IMG/VR virus record: IMGVR_UViG_2931359275_000001
Origin: a virus
Reading direction: 5' to 3' (one strand)
Length of the DNA stretch: 64,000 bases
The position numbers were made by a program, and so were the translations under genes. Each line of letters begins with the position of its first letter. Position 1 is the first letter of the stretch. The notes under the pieces were generated by a model. It was not told the DNA's origin. It did no database searches and saw nothing but the letters and a program-made list of their open reading frames with translations. Positions 46,421 to 56,484 of this stretch are shown one piece after another.

Positions 46421-47981
46421 CGGCGGCCTCCTCAATCGCGCCAGGCACTGCTTCTTTTTCGGTCGCCGTGCTATCGAGGGCAATTGGAATTTCTGGGTGC
46501 ATTGGATCTGGCAAGCCCAGCTCAGCGCGTTTGGCTTTTTCTCGGGCTTGCTGCTCGAGTACTTCTTCCCAATCGCTACCTTGTTCGGCGCATTCGGCTT
46601 CTAAGGTGGAAATGCCCGATTTCAATCGGACATCAGCGGCTTGAATTTCTTTCAGCGGATCCACCCAACCACGCCCAGGTCCAATCCATTTGCTGCGGGT
46701 ATATGCGGCACGTTGCTGATAAAAATCAGCACCATCGACCTTGCCAGTATTAATGGCCTCTTCAAGCCACAATTCATAAACCACTTGCGCCCAATAATCG
46801 GCCAGTTTTTCACGCCGCGAGCGGAAATATCGCCACGCCTCAAGCAAGGCCGCACGCGCTGACGAATAATTGGTTTTGGAGAAGTCTTTCAGCAGCAGCT
46901 CATACGGCAAACCCATACTGGCGGCGATTTGCCGCATCACCGCTACGGTGAAGGCTTCAAATTGTGCCGCCGGCCGCGCTGGCATAAATGGCGCCATCTT
47001 TTCGCCCGGATACAACGGGATAATGCTGCCGCTTTTGAGTTTGGCGCGGCTTTGATTGCGCTTGGCCATCACATCATTGACGCCATCACTACCGCCAAAC
47101 ATTTCTAGCAGGCCTTCGGAATCCATCGGCGTTTCAATGAAAGCGGCCATCATGGCGTTGATGACCGCTGCATCAAGCTCCGCACCGTTGTATTTATCCA
47201 GCTGGCGAAACTGTTGCAATACCGAAGAAATTAGCGGCTTGCCACGCGCTTGGCCAGCGCGATCTTTATCAAATAAATGAATGACTCGAGGTCGCCCCCA
47301 GTTGGTTCTGGCCGGAATACGCTCCCATTCACCGGCTACCGAACCGGCGATCCCGACATAATCACCGGGATGCGTTTTACGGATCCAATAGGCTTGCGGT
47401 GCACCGTAGGTATCAAACTCAATACCGCCACGCAATGTGGCCGAATCAGGCTGACCGTTTGGATTGCACAATCGATCGGCTTCAATCAATTGGAAAGTGG
47501 TGGTAAATCGGGTACCGGGGCGCTTTAACCACAGCGGCAATGCAATGGCATCACCATTGAGTAATTGCGAGCGAAACATCAACTCGGTGAGTCCGGCAAA
47601 ATTCAGCGATAAACCCGCATCGCAAAACGTCGATTTTGTCCATTCGCGCCATAGAGTTTCAACATTGCGTTGCCAAGCCAACGCCCAAGCAGCGTCTTTA
47701 CCCAGCGTTTTCCAATCGGGCAAAGCCGACAAACGCAGGCCAATCCCCACCACGTTATCAACTAAGGTTTGTACGCCAGAGGCGGCAATGCCGTTGTTGC
47801 GGCTAATATCGCGAGAGCGGGCGACCAAAGTACCTAGTTCAGGTAACAAATCGGCATCGGCGCTGCCAGCCATTGGCATCCATGACGCCATTTGCGGTGT
47901 CGTCATCGAGGCACCGGTATGGCTGCTGGCATTCATTCGCAATTGTTGTGACAGCGAGCTGTGTTTGCTACCGGTTTGCAT
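46413..47981 (-). CDS. Portal protein, lambda family
   Basis: LVARSRDISRNN, QARGKP, TNYSSARAALLE, GRGWVDPLKE. Confidence 0.93.
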   Translation of the reverse strand: MQTGSKHSSLSQQLRMNASSHTGASMTTPQMASWMPMAGSADADLLPELGTLVARSRDISRNNGIAASGVQTLVDNVVGIGLRLSALPDWKTLGKDAAWALAWQRNVETLWREWTKSTFCDAGLSLNFAGLTELMFRSQLLNGDAIALPLWLKRPGTRFTTTFQLIEADRLCNPNGQPDSATLRGGIEFDTYGAPQAYWIRKTHPGDYVGIAGSVAGEWERIPARTNWGRPRVIHLFDKDRAGQARGKPLISSVLQQFRQLDKYNGAELDAAVINAMMAAFIETPMDSEGLLEMFGGSDGVNDVMAKRNQSRAKLKSGSIIPLYPGEKMAPFMPARPAAQFEAFTVAVMRQIAASMGLPYELLLKDFSKTNYSSARAALLEAWRYFRSRREKLADYWAQVVYELWLEEAINTGKVDGADFYQQRAAYTRSKWIGPGRGWVDPLKEIQAADVRLKSGISTLEAECAEQGSDWEEVLEQQAREKAKRAELGLPDPMHPEIPIALDSTATEKEAVPGAIEEAADV

Positions 47982-47989
47982 GGCTTATC

Positions 47990-48223
47990 CTAAAAGTATT
48001 GCTGCATCACGCGTCGACCTGTGCCACCACTGGCAACGGCAATTTCGCCTTTCAACGTGCTGATATAGCGATCAAGTTTGTCGATATCGGCGCGGGAATA
48101 GGTGATTTCCGTACCTGCGCGGTTAATTCGCTCACGCAGCGAACCCGTGATTAATTTATGCCGCGCGTTTTCTGCTTCGACTAAGCGTTGCCGCAAGGTG
48201 CTTATATCAGTCATCAAAGTCAT
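47990..48223 (-). CDS. gpW-like head-tail joining protein
   Basis: ARHKLITG...ITYSRADIDKLDRYI. Confidence 0.8.
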   Translation of the reverse strand: MTLMTDISTLRQRLVEAENARHKLITGSLRERINRAGTEITYSRADIDKLDRYISTLKGEIAVASGGTGRRVMQQYF

Positions 48224-50225
48224 CCATCATGGAAACCGATTGCAAGGGTATAAACTCAGCAACGGGTTTGGTTTTTGTTTCAAAAAGCGGCGTTTGGCGC
48301 AATTGATTTTCGAGCTTGGCCCAATCTGCTTCAGACTTTAAATGCAGTTTGAGCGCACGTGCGCCGTGCAAGCAGTAGACCTCGCAATCGAGCGCTTCAT
48401 TGCGTTTGCCTGCTTGCTTTTGCCACACCAATTCAGCGGAGTAATGCCCGCCGTTTTTTCGTTTAGGGATTTTTCGTTCAGAAAGTAATTGTTCGCAGTA
48501 GTCTTCGCGAACGTGTTTGGTGAAATGAAAGCGCCCTGGTCCATGGCCTTCGAGTGACAGCCGACCGTGCGAGCCAATCAGTATGTCTTTGGCCTTGCTG
48601 GTACCGACGATAAATACCCGCAAACCATATTTTGATGCTTTGGTATTTCGGTAATCGGTATCGATGCTGATTCTGGGTTTGCTAAATATTTCTAACCCAG
48701 CCGAGACCCCGCCTTTGACCGCCATCACCAGCACATCAGGGCGGCGTTTATTGGTTCGTACCCAGTCATACACCACATCGGATGTATTACCGTCCGAGCT
48801 ATCAATGCCCACAGCGGAAATATTCAGATAAAAGTCATCAATATGCCGAATCGGCGCAAACAGCATGGCTTCTAATTTTTGCCACACCGTAACCCGAGGG
48901 TTGCCATCATCATCGGTGGGGCGAACATCGAGCGGATTGCCTTGAATTTCAGTCCACTGCACTAGCCAGCTTTCTTCTCCACGACCCCATGCCCGAATCA
49001 CGACAGCCAATCGATCATGCTGCACATCGACCCCGGCAGTCAGTACCAAACCACCGCGTGCCACCGTCATCGGCGGATAATCCAAGCCGCGCTCTTTGAG
49101 GGTATCGGGCTTTTCACTACCGTCTTTGAATTCCCAAGAGAGCCCCAAGGTCGCGTTAAAAAACACGATCATTTCTGAGGCGTCACCGGCTTTGAGCTTT
49201 TTATTGGCTTTGATGAATTTCTCAACCAGTACTTCAAAGCGGCTATTGTGCATTTGGCTGTACAACTCATTCAGCGCCAAACCCACCGTCCCCCGAAATG
49301 GTGCCGTTTCGACGGGTTTACCAGCCCGAATCGCGGCGTTTTTCTGTACGTCATTCCAGTGTGAGCCGCAATGCTGGCAAACATAATGTGCCGTTGCTGG
49401 TTTATGCTGGCCTAGATGTTCGTCATTGAGCTCAGGGTCTTTGCGCCATTGGATTTGCTCCCACACTAGCGGCTGAAATTCATCGCAATCTGGGCAAGGC
49501 ACATACCAATAACACTGATTGCTGTGAGCATATTCATCTTCAATACTGCTGATGCCTTTAATCGATGGCGTGCCACCGATGAGCATTTTCATATCGCGAA
49601 ACGATTTGCCGCGCTCCTCGAGCAATTTGATTGCATCGCCTTGGCCACGCAGATTCAAATTGCAATCGTCTGGCTCTTCGACAAATAAATAACGCGCTGA
49701 GGTTGATTTCACGTCCGCGATCGAATTACTACCAACAAACTTTACAAAGCCACCGACAAAGTTTTTAAACAGCTGCTTATTGTCTTTAGTGCGGCTCTTG
49801 GTGGGAATAATCTCCGATAATTCAGGCGTACCCTCGATCATCGGCTCGAATTTTTCAGCGTTAAACGATTGTGCTGCACCCTCTTTGGGAAACATCACAA
49901 TCGCAGTGCCTTTGCGGATATGAATCAACCAGCCCAACACATTCAAGATGGCCGCTTGCGTCCAGCCGACCTGGGCTGATTTAACGCAAACGATTCGATT
50001 CACATCGCGCCGCATCATTTGCTCAAGCAGCCATTCCAGATACGGATTCACATAAAACGAAAAACGGCCAACAATGGCCGATTCTTTTGCGCTCATGCGT
50101 CGATATTGCTTGCCCCATTCTGCTGGGCTGATTCGAGGTGGCGGTCTAACGATCTTCTTCAATAATGTGGAGATTAAAGCCTTCGCCGTATTCTTGGGCA
50201 ACGTGGGTACAGTATTCATAGTCAC
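48207..50225 (-). CDS. Terminase large subunit (GpA family)
   Basis: KSAQVGWT, FVEEPD, GVDVQHDR, RNEALDC. Confidence 0.95.
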   Translation of the reverse strand: MTMNTVPTLPKNTAKALISTLLKKIVRPPPRISPAEWGKQYRRMSAKESAIVGRFSFYVNPYLEWLLEQMMRRDVNRIVCVKSAQVGWTQAAILNVLGWLIHIRKGTAIVMFPKEGAAQSFNAEKFEPMIEGTPELSEIIPTKSRTKDNKQLFKNFVGGFVKFVGSNSIADVKSTSARYLFVEEPDDCNLNLRGQGDAIKLLEERGKSFRDMKMLIGGTPSIKGISSIEDEYAHSNQCYWYVPCPDCDEFQPLVWEQIQWRKDPELNDEHLGQHKPATAHYVCQHCGSHWNDVQKNAAIRAGKPVETAPFRGTVGLALNELYSQMHNSRFEVLVEKFIKANKKLKAGDASEMIVFFNATLGLSWEFKDGSEKPDTLKERGLDYPPMTVARGGLVLTAGVDVQHDRLAVVIRAWGRGEESWLVQWTEIQGNPLDVRPTDDDGNPRVTVWQKLEAMLFAPIRHIDDFYLNISAVGIDSSDGNTSDVVYDWVRTNKRRPDVLVMAVKGGVSAGLEIFSKPRISIDTDYRNTKASKYGLRVFIVGTSKAKDILIGSHGRLSLEGHGPGRFHFTKHVREDYCEQLLSERKIPKRKNGGHYSAELVWQKQAGKRNEALDCEVYCLHGARALKLHLKSEADWAKLENQLRQTPLFETKTKPVAEFIPLQSVSMMDDFDD

Positions 50226-50655
50226 CTAATGCCTGCCGAATCTCGGCGATCATGTCTTCAAGTGCGGCATGTTTAGCATCCAAACTCTCCGCAGTTTCAA
50301 AGATTTGTGCATATTTATCTGGTAGGCCCGTCAATAAGGCCACCGCGTCAGAAAAGAATTGCGACAGTGCTGGCTCAATATCCGCCACCGTCACCAGTTG
50401 CCTGGCTTCGATTTCCATTTGTCGCTCAATCTGGTCACCGCGCAAGCGATCAAGACGATCTTTTGCTGATTCCGATGAGCCAGTCAGCGCTTTAGCGATT
50501 CGCCAGCTCAAAACTTGGGCGGTGTCATATTGGTTGGACGTGCCACGGCCTTTTGAAAGCACCATCGGCATGCCAGCACGCTGCCACTCTGTTAGCGTCC
50601 TTTCAGACACCCCGACGATTTGCGCCAGTTCATTTTTATTTACGATTTTTCCCAT
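50146..50655 (-). CDS. Terminase small subunit (Nu1-like)
   Basis: VNKNELAQIVGVSERTLTEWQRAGMP winged HTH. Confidence 0.88.
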   Translation of the reverse strand: MGKIVNKNELAQIVGVSERTLTEWQRAGMPMVLSKGRGTSNQYDTAQVLSWRIAKALTGSSESAKDRLDRLRGDQIERQMEIEARQLVTVADIEPALSQFFSDAVALLTGLPDKYAQIFETAESLDAKHAALEDMIAEIRQALGDYEYCTHVAQEYGEGFNLHIIEEDR

Positions 50656-50759
50656 GATCTGCCGGTAGGCCATACCGGCCATTTTTATGGTTTATAAGTG
50701 CATGTTTAATAAGACTTTTTTTGCATCAAATAGGAAGGAAGGCTATAGACAACCCGCAG

Positions 50760-50816
50760 CTAGAGAACGCGCGGGGTTGCCAATGACCCATGCTGGCGGA
50801 AGGCTGGGAAGGACCC
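50760..50816 (-). promoter_or_regulatory. Putative cos/packaging site of prophage 2
   Basis: Minus strand GGGTCCTTCCCAGCC..GGGTCATTGGCAACCCCGC..CTAG aligns with the block upstream of terS1. Confidence 0.55.
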
Positions 50817-50889
50817 GCTGTTTTCTGATCGAAAGCCAGAAAACCCCAGATTTCCACACATTTTCCTGATAACGACCAAGAGTTCGCGC

Positions 50890-51600
50890 TCACCGCGCCG
50901 AGGCGACGGCAGCAGCGAGCGCTTTCTTGAACTCATCAATGAAAATTTCCTGAGCATCGCGGTCAATCCCTTGCGGCATGCTATAGCGTGGTGTGTACTT
51001 CGCCTCATCGCGAAACGAGAACACCTGCACGATTCGAGGCCGATTGCCTTTGTTAATACGCCGCCAGATACCTGCACCACCATCGTAACCAACTGGCTTA
51101 CCCACAAACAAACGATCTGCCTCGGCCGCCGCGAACTGCTTCACCTTGCCATTCTTACTTCTGAACTGCTGTAACTGATTACGACGCGGACCAGTAAAGC
51201 CAGCCTGCGATGCCAACTCAGCCCGAATTCGCTTAATGAAATTATTCGTTGCATTGCCGTACTGATTACGCCGAGTGCTTTTACCAGGCATCAGCAACGC
51301 CGTCTTACGTGGGCCGCGTGCGCCACCTTGAATCTGATAGCGCATGTACTCAGCCTGCTTTGGCAGCCAGCCCACAGTCGCAATCAAATTACGTTTACGC
51401 GATGGGTTTACCGCAATACCACGCTGAGTGAATGGCGTTGGGCTTTGAATATCCGCCCCTAACTGCTTCAGCATTCGCTTTTGCACTTGCTTAGCCGTTC
51501 TATTCAACGCTTGGCTTGCTGCAAACGGCACCTGCTTTGTTTCCAAAGCATTCAGCGTACGCATAATCCGCTGTAAATCTGATTGAAACGACTTTTGCAT
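50890..51600 (-). CDS. Conserved phage protein, remotely gpZ-like
   Basis: KQVPFAASQALNRTAK...PTPFT; same position as 8951-9700. Confidence 0.55.
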   Translation of the reverse strand: MQKSFQSDLQRIMRTLNALETKQVPFAASQALNRTAKQVQKRMLKQLGADIQSPTPFTQRGIAVNPSRKRNLIATVGWLPKQAEYMRYQIQGGARGPRKTALLMPGKSTRRNQYGNATNNFIKRIRAELASQAGFTGPRRNQLQQFRSKNGKVKQFAAAEADRLFVGKPVGYDGGAGIWRRINKGNRPRIVQVFSFRDEAKYTPRYSMPQGIDRDAQEIFIDEFKKALAAAVASAR

Positions 51601-51614
51601 AGCGAGCGCCCAAC

Positions 51615-51640
51615 AAAAAACCCGCTACATGAGCGGGTTT
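51615..51640 (-). terminator. tR'-like terminator
   Basis: AAACCCGCT/AGCGGGTTT with A tract, directly after Q. Confidence 0.7.
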
Positions 51641-51644
51641 GGTT

Positions 51645-52121
51645 TCACTGGGCGCAACAAAGCACCCGTAATGGGGTGCATTCACGCCGAAGCGGTAGTA
51701 GATTGTTAAGCGACATCTTCCTGATTTCTTTACTTGGCGTCAAGCCCCAGTAATTAAAATAATTCTGAAACGCCTTAACAGCCTGTCGAACATGCTCAGC
51801 ATAATCTCGCAACGGCAAACGCTCTTTACGGCACACTACCGCTGGATTCAGCTTCTGTAAATAATGCGCGTTCAGCAAACGAGAAAACATCGCCAGCTCA
51901 GGCCGTCTCAACATCACCGATAAAACCGCATCGACCCGCATTGCCGCTTGCTCATCAACTCGATTACTCGGTCGATCAGCAGGCCCTAAAATCGCCCGTT
52001 CCTCTGGGCTCATATATTGAGCATAGCCCGAAGACTTAGCCCGACCATCAAACCCCATAAAATACCGAGCCCAATTTTCCAATGCTGAGCCCGCTTCATC
52101 CAAAGATTTTAATTCAACCAC
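51645..52121 (-). CDS. Antitermination protein Q-like
   Basis: LENWARY...DEQAAMRVDAVL...LLNAHY pattern; synteny. Confidence 0.75.
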   Translation of the reverse strand: MVELKSLDEAGSALENWARYFMGFDGRAKSSGYAQYMSPEERAILGPADRPSNRVDEQAAMRVDAVLSVMLRRPELAMFSRLLNAHYLQKLNPAVVCRKERLPLRDYAEHVRQAVKAFQNYFNYWGLTPSKEIRKMSLNNLLPLRRECTPLRVLCCAQ

Positions 52122-52227
52122 GTTCGCCTCCGTGATACCCGCTTGGAGGACTCCTTAGCCAGATCAATGCCCAGCTTTATATATATCTCGATTTTAAACT
52201 AAAAAAGCACCGCCAATTCATTTGGGG

Positions 52228-52522
52228 CAGGGTTAACAGGCCTTGGGGCATAGTTTCAAATCAACCCTGACCCATGCCAAAGCCTTACGTTTACTAGCTT
52301 TAACCTTTATTTGGTCAGATTGACAGGGTTTAAATAGAAGTTACCGTGTATATATTTTTTACCGCCAATAAAACTAAATAAAGGTAAGGAGTAAAAGCAA
52401 CTATACGCGCACACGGAAACCACAGCGCCAACCCTGCCAAAAACGCAAAAACGGCGCGAAGCCGCGCCGTTCCTTGGTTTGTCGTGGGTCAGGGTTAGTT
52501 AAAAACTATGCCACAAACCCTG
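52228..52522. repeat. Iteron array, putative origin of prophage 2
   Basis: Six CAGGGTT/AACCCTG copies alternating in orientation (52228, 52263, 52324, 52430, 52490, 52516); hairpin 52450-52471. Confidence 0.7.
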
Positions 52523-52538
52523 TCCACTCTGCCCCACA

Positions 52539-54047
52539 TTAAATGAAATCACCCTTGATTCTATCTTCAAATCGTTCACACTCAGCGGTCAACCAGCTCG
52601 ACAAACTCACCCCCTCCGGAGGCGCGCCCACAATAAAGACCATTGCCTTTTTGCGATCATACCCACCATGCAAATGCTCGCGTGATTTATTCAATCGAGA
52701 CGACATTAGCATCGAAAACTTAGTCAGCGTCAGCTTACACGATCCAGACTCATCCACCAACCACTTCTTATACGCCACAAATAAATCCTTAGTGCGGCAA
52801 GAGCAATACGGCACCCATAATTCATCATTCACCCACTGGCGATAAAACACCTGCCATTGCGGCAAACCAAAGCCAATCAATCGCTCTTTGGCATCGGTCA
52901 TCACCGGCTTAGAACGCTCATTAAAGCCTTCATCAATTTTATAACGCAGCAAAAAACCATAAAATGCAGCAACAGCGCCACGCTCAATCGCCGATTTAAT
53001 TACCTCTTGATTCTGTAACGTCAGCAATGTTTTTGGCTCAATCACCATAAAGCGCCGATCATCCAACTCTAAATGCAGCGGCTGCACCTCATTACTTAAA
53101 AAAACCAAGTTGGCATAATTAGCCTCTTCGCGCTCAGGCATGTTTTTTTCATTGATACGCACGGTGCGGCCCGTGACTAAATGCTTAATCGTACCAATAT
53201 GACTGTACTTCTCAGCCCGACCCACCACCTCTTCAGCCAAAACAAATAAACGCCGTGATTGCCAAGCAGTAAACTGACTATCTAATTGATGCTGACCAAT
53301 CGTCGTACCGTACTCACCGTAAATTTTCTTAATCACCCCCTCAAAAAACAGTGACTTACCAGTCCCTTGCTTTTCACCAAACATCAGCACCGATGTATCC
53401 ATTTTGCTACCCAGCTGCTGCAAGGGCAAAGCCAGCCATTGCATTAGCCAATGAAACACTTTCTGATCAAAGTTACACAAGTGCATCACCAAGCCAATAA
53501 TCGGATCAGCCAAATCTTCATCAAAAACAGGCTTTAGCGGTACACCTGCAAATAAATTAACATGCGTATCTAAATCAACCAGCTGCTTAGGATCAAACAC
53601 CAAATTTTCGGCATTAATCATTTTTCGACATAAATTCTCTTGCCAAAACTTAACCGAATCACCACCGTAAGCGGCACGCAACGCTGACAAACTCAGCACC
53701 ATTCGATTTTCAGCATCCCACACAGTCTCAGTGCCATACAGCAAGGTATAACGCGCCAGCAACATCGCGCTGGTACTCATCGTCGCCTCATCAACGGCCT
53801 TACCGCGTTTAATCTTTGGCAAATCACTTTGGCGCATCGTGCGCTTATCAACTCGCGCCTCCCATTCAGACGCCAAACCCCGACCGACCAAGGCCGCATA
53901 CGCAGGCCACTTCATGACCATTTGCTCGACCGAATCCCAAACCCGTCGCTCACCAATAATCAATGAAAATCGCGCCAATAAACCAGCCAGCGTAAATCCG
54001 TCCTCCCCCGCCCCCCGTTGGCCGCAGCAGGCGCGGCGAAAGCGGTA
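52539..54047 (-). CDS. SF3 (D5-like) helicase domain; frame open from 54047, probably the C-terminal part of a primase-helicase
   Basis: GEKQGTGKSLFF Walker A, LAEEV Walker B, DDRRFMVI; only a weak TTG start at 53978. Confidence 0.85.
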   Translation of the reverse strand, partial: YRFRRACCGQRGAGEDGFTLAGLLARFSLIIGERRVWDSVEQMVMKWPAYAALVGRGLASEWEARVDKRTMRQSDLPKIKRGKAVDEATMSTSAMLLARYTLLYGTETVWDAENRMVLSLSALRAAYGGDSVKFWQENLCRKMINAENLVFDPKQLVDLDTHVNLFAGVPLKPVFDEDLADPIIGLVMHLCNFDQKVFHWLMQWLALPLQQLGSKMDTSVLMFGEKQGTGKSLFFEGVIKKIYGEYGTTIGQHQLDSQFTAWQSRRLFVLAEEVVGRAEKYSHIGTIKHLVTGRTVRINEKNMPEREEANYANLVFLSNEVQPLHLELDDRRFMVIEPKTLLTLQNQEVIKSAIERGAVAAFYGFLLRYKIDEGFNERSKPVMTDAKERLIGFGLPQWQVFYRQWVNDELWVPYCSCRTKDLFVAYKKWLVDESGSCKLTLTKFSMLMSSRLNKSREHLHGGYDRKKAMVFIVGAPPEGVSLSSWLTAECERFEDRIKGDFI

Positions 54048-55123
54048 TCAGGCAGAGGTGCGGAGATGGCAGGCACCACATCATCAACAGCCACAACAGC
54101 AGGCGGTACAACAGGCGCTTGCAAACTCACGATCGCGGCATCAATCTGCTGCGTTACCAGCGCAATTCCTTCAGCCACATGCAAATCATTAAAATCAGTC
54201 AGTTTAGGCAATGATTCATCGGTATCAATAGCACGGCGTTGCACAGCAAAGTTTGGCAGCACATACCCTGCATTATTGACTTCAAGCGCAGCCGCAGTCG
54301 CTTTCTTCATGCCGGTATAGTTATCATCACCTTTCTTGGTAGGCAGATAGTCATCATCAGCCAAAAACAGCATCGGGCTCGCTGGATACTTGGCGCGTAA
54401 AATGCGCGCCACATGCGGCAAATTGCCACTATTGAGCGCCACAAACACCGGATGCAGATAATCCACGGCCTCACGCCCCGTTGCCGCTGTTGCATAGCCC
54501 TCAGCAATCAAAATCAGATCACCATCCAGCGGCTCATCACCCAAGCGGCATGCCGCGCCAACCACATCCATGCCTTTATTAAAAATCTTGTCATTGCCAT
54601 CGGCCAACGGCGTCGGGGATATTTTTTGCGAACCCACAATCTCACCACGGCCATAATGAATCAGCGGCAAAATAATCCAACCCGCATTTGAGCCCTGCAT
54701 AAATCGCACCGACTCAGGCTTTTTAACCAGCTTGCGCGCCAAATACGCCGACTCACCACTGCGACTGGCGGCATGCAATTGCGCTTTAGCACGATTTGCG
54801 GCATCAGTACGCAGCTTCTTTTGCTTGGCTTGATAGTCTTGCTCTTTCTTGGCCCACTCAGCTTGAGCCGCTTGGCGCTCCTCGGGCGATATTGCCTCAA
54901 AGCCCTCATGCTCAACTTTCCAAAATTCGTCTTTATAGCCAAAATAGCCAGACACCCACACCTTGCCTGATTTTGGCGATACATATTCATTTAAGCGGTA
55001 CCAGGCTTTTTTCTTGGGGCCATAGACATTTTTATGCCCATCAGCTTTTAAATCAGTGCTGCCAATATCTGGCATGCCCCGATCACGAAATTGATTCAAC
55101 ACACCATCGATTAATGCACCCAT
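53960..55123 (-). CDS. Toprim-domain primase
   Basis: YLARK, ILIAEGYATA, VALNSGNL, FLADDD. Confidence 0.9.
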   Translation of the reverse strand: MGALIDGVLNQFRDRGMPDIGSTDLKADGHKNVYGPKKKAWYRLNEYVSPKSGKVWVSGYFGYKDEFWKVEHEGFEAISPEERQAAQAEWAKKEQDYQAKQKKLRTDAANRAKAQLHAASRSGESAYLARKLVKKPESVRFMQGSNAGWIILPLIHYGRGEIVGSQKISPTPLADGNDKIFNKGMDVVGAACRLGDEPLDGDLILIAEGYATAATGREAVDYLHPVFVALNSGNLPHVARILRAKYPASPMLFLADDDYLPTKKGDDNYTGMKKATAAALEVNNAGYVLPNFAVQRRAIDTDESLPKLTDFNDLHVAEGIALVTQQIDAAIVSLQAPVVPPAVVAVDDVVPAISAPLPDTAFAAPAAANGGRGRTDLRWLVYWRDFH

Positions 55124-55168
55124 TACTTCCCCGCTTATGCTTTAAACTGGCAGCTCAAGGAGCACACC

Positions 55169-55510
55169 ATGACACTCGAACAACTGACAGAGCAATTCAC
55201 GCAGCTACAACAACGCCACCAATTGCTAGAAAAATCATTTAACCTGCAACAGCAAATGCTCGAACAACAGCAGCAACAATACGCACAACAAATCGGCAAC
55301 TTCATTGGCCTGCAATCGATGACCGTCGCGCTGGTGCGTTGCCTACCGGATCAACAACTATTTATTGCAACGCTCAAACTCGAAACTGAAGACACCATTG
55401 CGACCTTGCTTGCTGAATCCACACTGCCGCAAAACACGCTGAATCAATACCAAACGTTTATCGAAAACGCCGTCACTGAAATCAACACCCAACCGTCAGC
55501 GCCAATCTGA
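55169..55510 (+). CDS. Gln-rich coiled-coil hypothetical protein, opposite to its operon
   Basis: AAGGAG RBS, 113 aa, no competing minus-strand ORF. Confidence 0.65.
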   Translation: MTLEQLTEQFTQLQQRHQLLEKSFNLQQQMLEQQQQQYAQQIGNFIGLQSMTVALVRCLPDQQLFIATLKLETEDTIATLLAESTLPQNTLNQYQTFIENAVTEINTQPSAPI

Positions 55511-55681
55511 ACGCCGCGCCAACAAAAATTTAGCCACCCCTGCACGCCGCCGCGCAATTTTGATTCGACGATCTTGCTGCTGATTCAAACGCAAACGTTG
55601 CTGCTCGACGCGTTTAAACTCAGCGCTTAATTCAGCGGCAGGGCCAAATTGGGCAACAACCAGTTGGGCTAATAAACTCAT
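55496..55681 (-). CDS. Hypothetical protein
   Basis: 61 aa, ATGA overlap. Confidence 0.5.
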   Translation of the reverse strand: MSLLAQLVVAQFGPAAELSAEFKRVEQQRLRLNQQQDRRIKIARRRAGVAKFLLARRSDWR

Positions 55682-55884
55682 CGTTCCGTCCTTTTTAACT
55701 GACCAGCCAGTGCCAAACGCACTAACCGTTGAATCCGTCTGGCTTTCATCGCCCGATAGGCAGGATCAGCGCGCCGTACCGCTTGGCGCTCTTGCCATTC
55801 AGACTCTAATCGCTGCCGCCGTTGCGCTGCTGCTTCACGGCCAGCCACAATGTCAAACGTCGGGTCTTTGTACATATTGGCCAT
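55678..55884 (-). CDS. Hypothetical basic protein
   Basis: MANMYKDPTFDIVA resembles MSAYRDPTFEQAH at 13835, same syntenic slot. Confidence 0.6.
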   Translation of the reverse strand: MANMYKDPTFDIVAGREAAAQRRQRLESEWQERQAVRRADPAYRAMKARRIQRLVRLALAGQLKRTER

Positions 55885-56016
55885 TAGCCTGTTCCAACAA
55901 ATGTTTCAAACCAGAAACCAGCGCCGCCACAGCGGCCTTCTTCTCTTTACTGGGCGTTCGTCGAATGCCCCACGCCTGCCTCACCAACTTTTGCTGCTGA
56001 AACGGGCGCGGTGGCA

Positions 56017-56484
56017 TTACTCAGCCATCCCATCAAGCAACGCCACCAACTCATGCAGCGCAGCAATATTGCGATAAACATGCTCACGCACTTGCTGCAC
56101 TTCAATTTTTTCCACCTTGTTATCAGCCAGTGTTTCGTCGACGGCCTGCCCAACATGACCACCCAAGCGCCACAAGCGCGTCACGGTTTCCAACACCGTC
56201 ACATCGCAAGCAAACTCGCCATCATTGAGCATCGGCACACACACCATGCCGTGATTGATCGCCAGCGCATGCAAGATTGATTTATCGCCAGTCAAGCCGA
56301 TCAAGCTATCCGCCTCAGCCAGCGTCAAATGGTGGGTGCGGGTGGAAGGATTCAATTTATTGCGCAATACCTGCGCCCCAACCCGCATTCGTGGCGCTAA
56401 GGATTCAACGCCACCCGGGTAATTGTGCGCAGCGTGATAGGCTGCATCTTCAACACTGGTGATCTGCATCACGTTTTTTTCCAT
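56017..56484 (-). CDS. CII-like phage regulatory protein (CP76 family)
   Basis: YPGGVESLAPRM...LRNKLNP...HHLTLAEA. Confidence 0.88.
   Translation of the reverse strand: MEKNVMQITSVEDAAYHAAHNYPGGVESLAPRMRVGAQVLRNKLNPSTRTHHLTLAEADSLIGLTGDKSILHALAINHGMVCVPMLNDGEFACDVTVLETVTRLWRLGGHVGQAVDETLADNKVEKIEVQQVREHVYRNIAALHELVALLDGMAE

Noticed and set aside
28826-54990. Plus-strand ORFs across prophage 2 late and replication genes, e.g. 39910-40608 and 44127-44900
   Set aside because: Antisense shadows without recognisable motifs
27297-55123. Lambda-like head with P2-like tail as a new virion type
   Set aside because: This combination is already known among temperate myoviruses such as VP882/HAP-1-like phages
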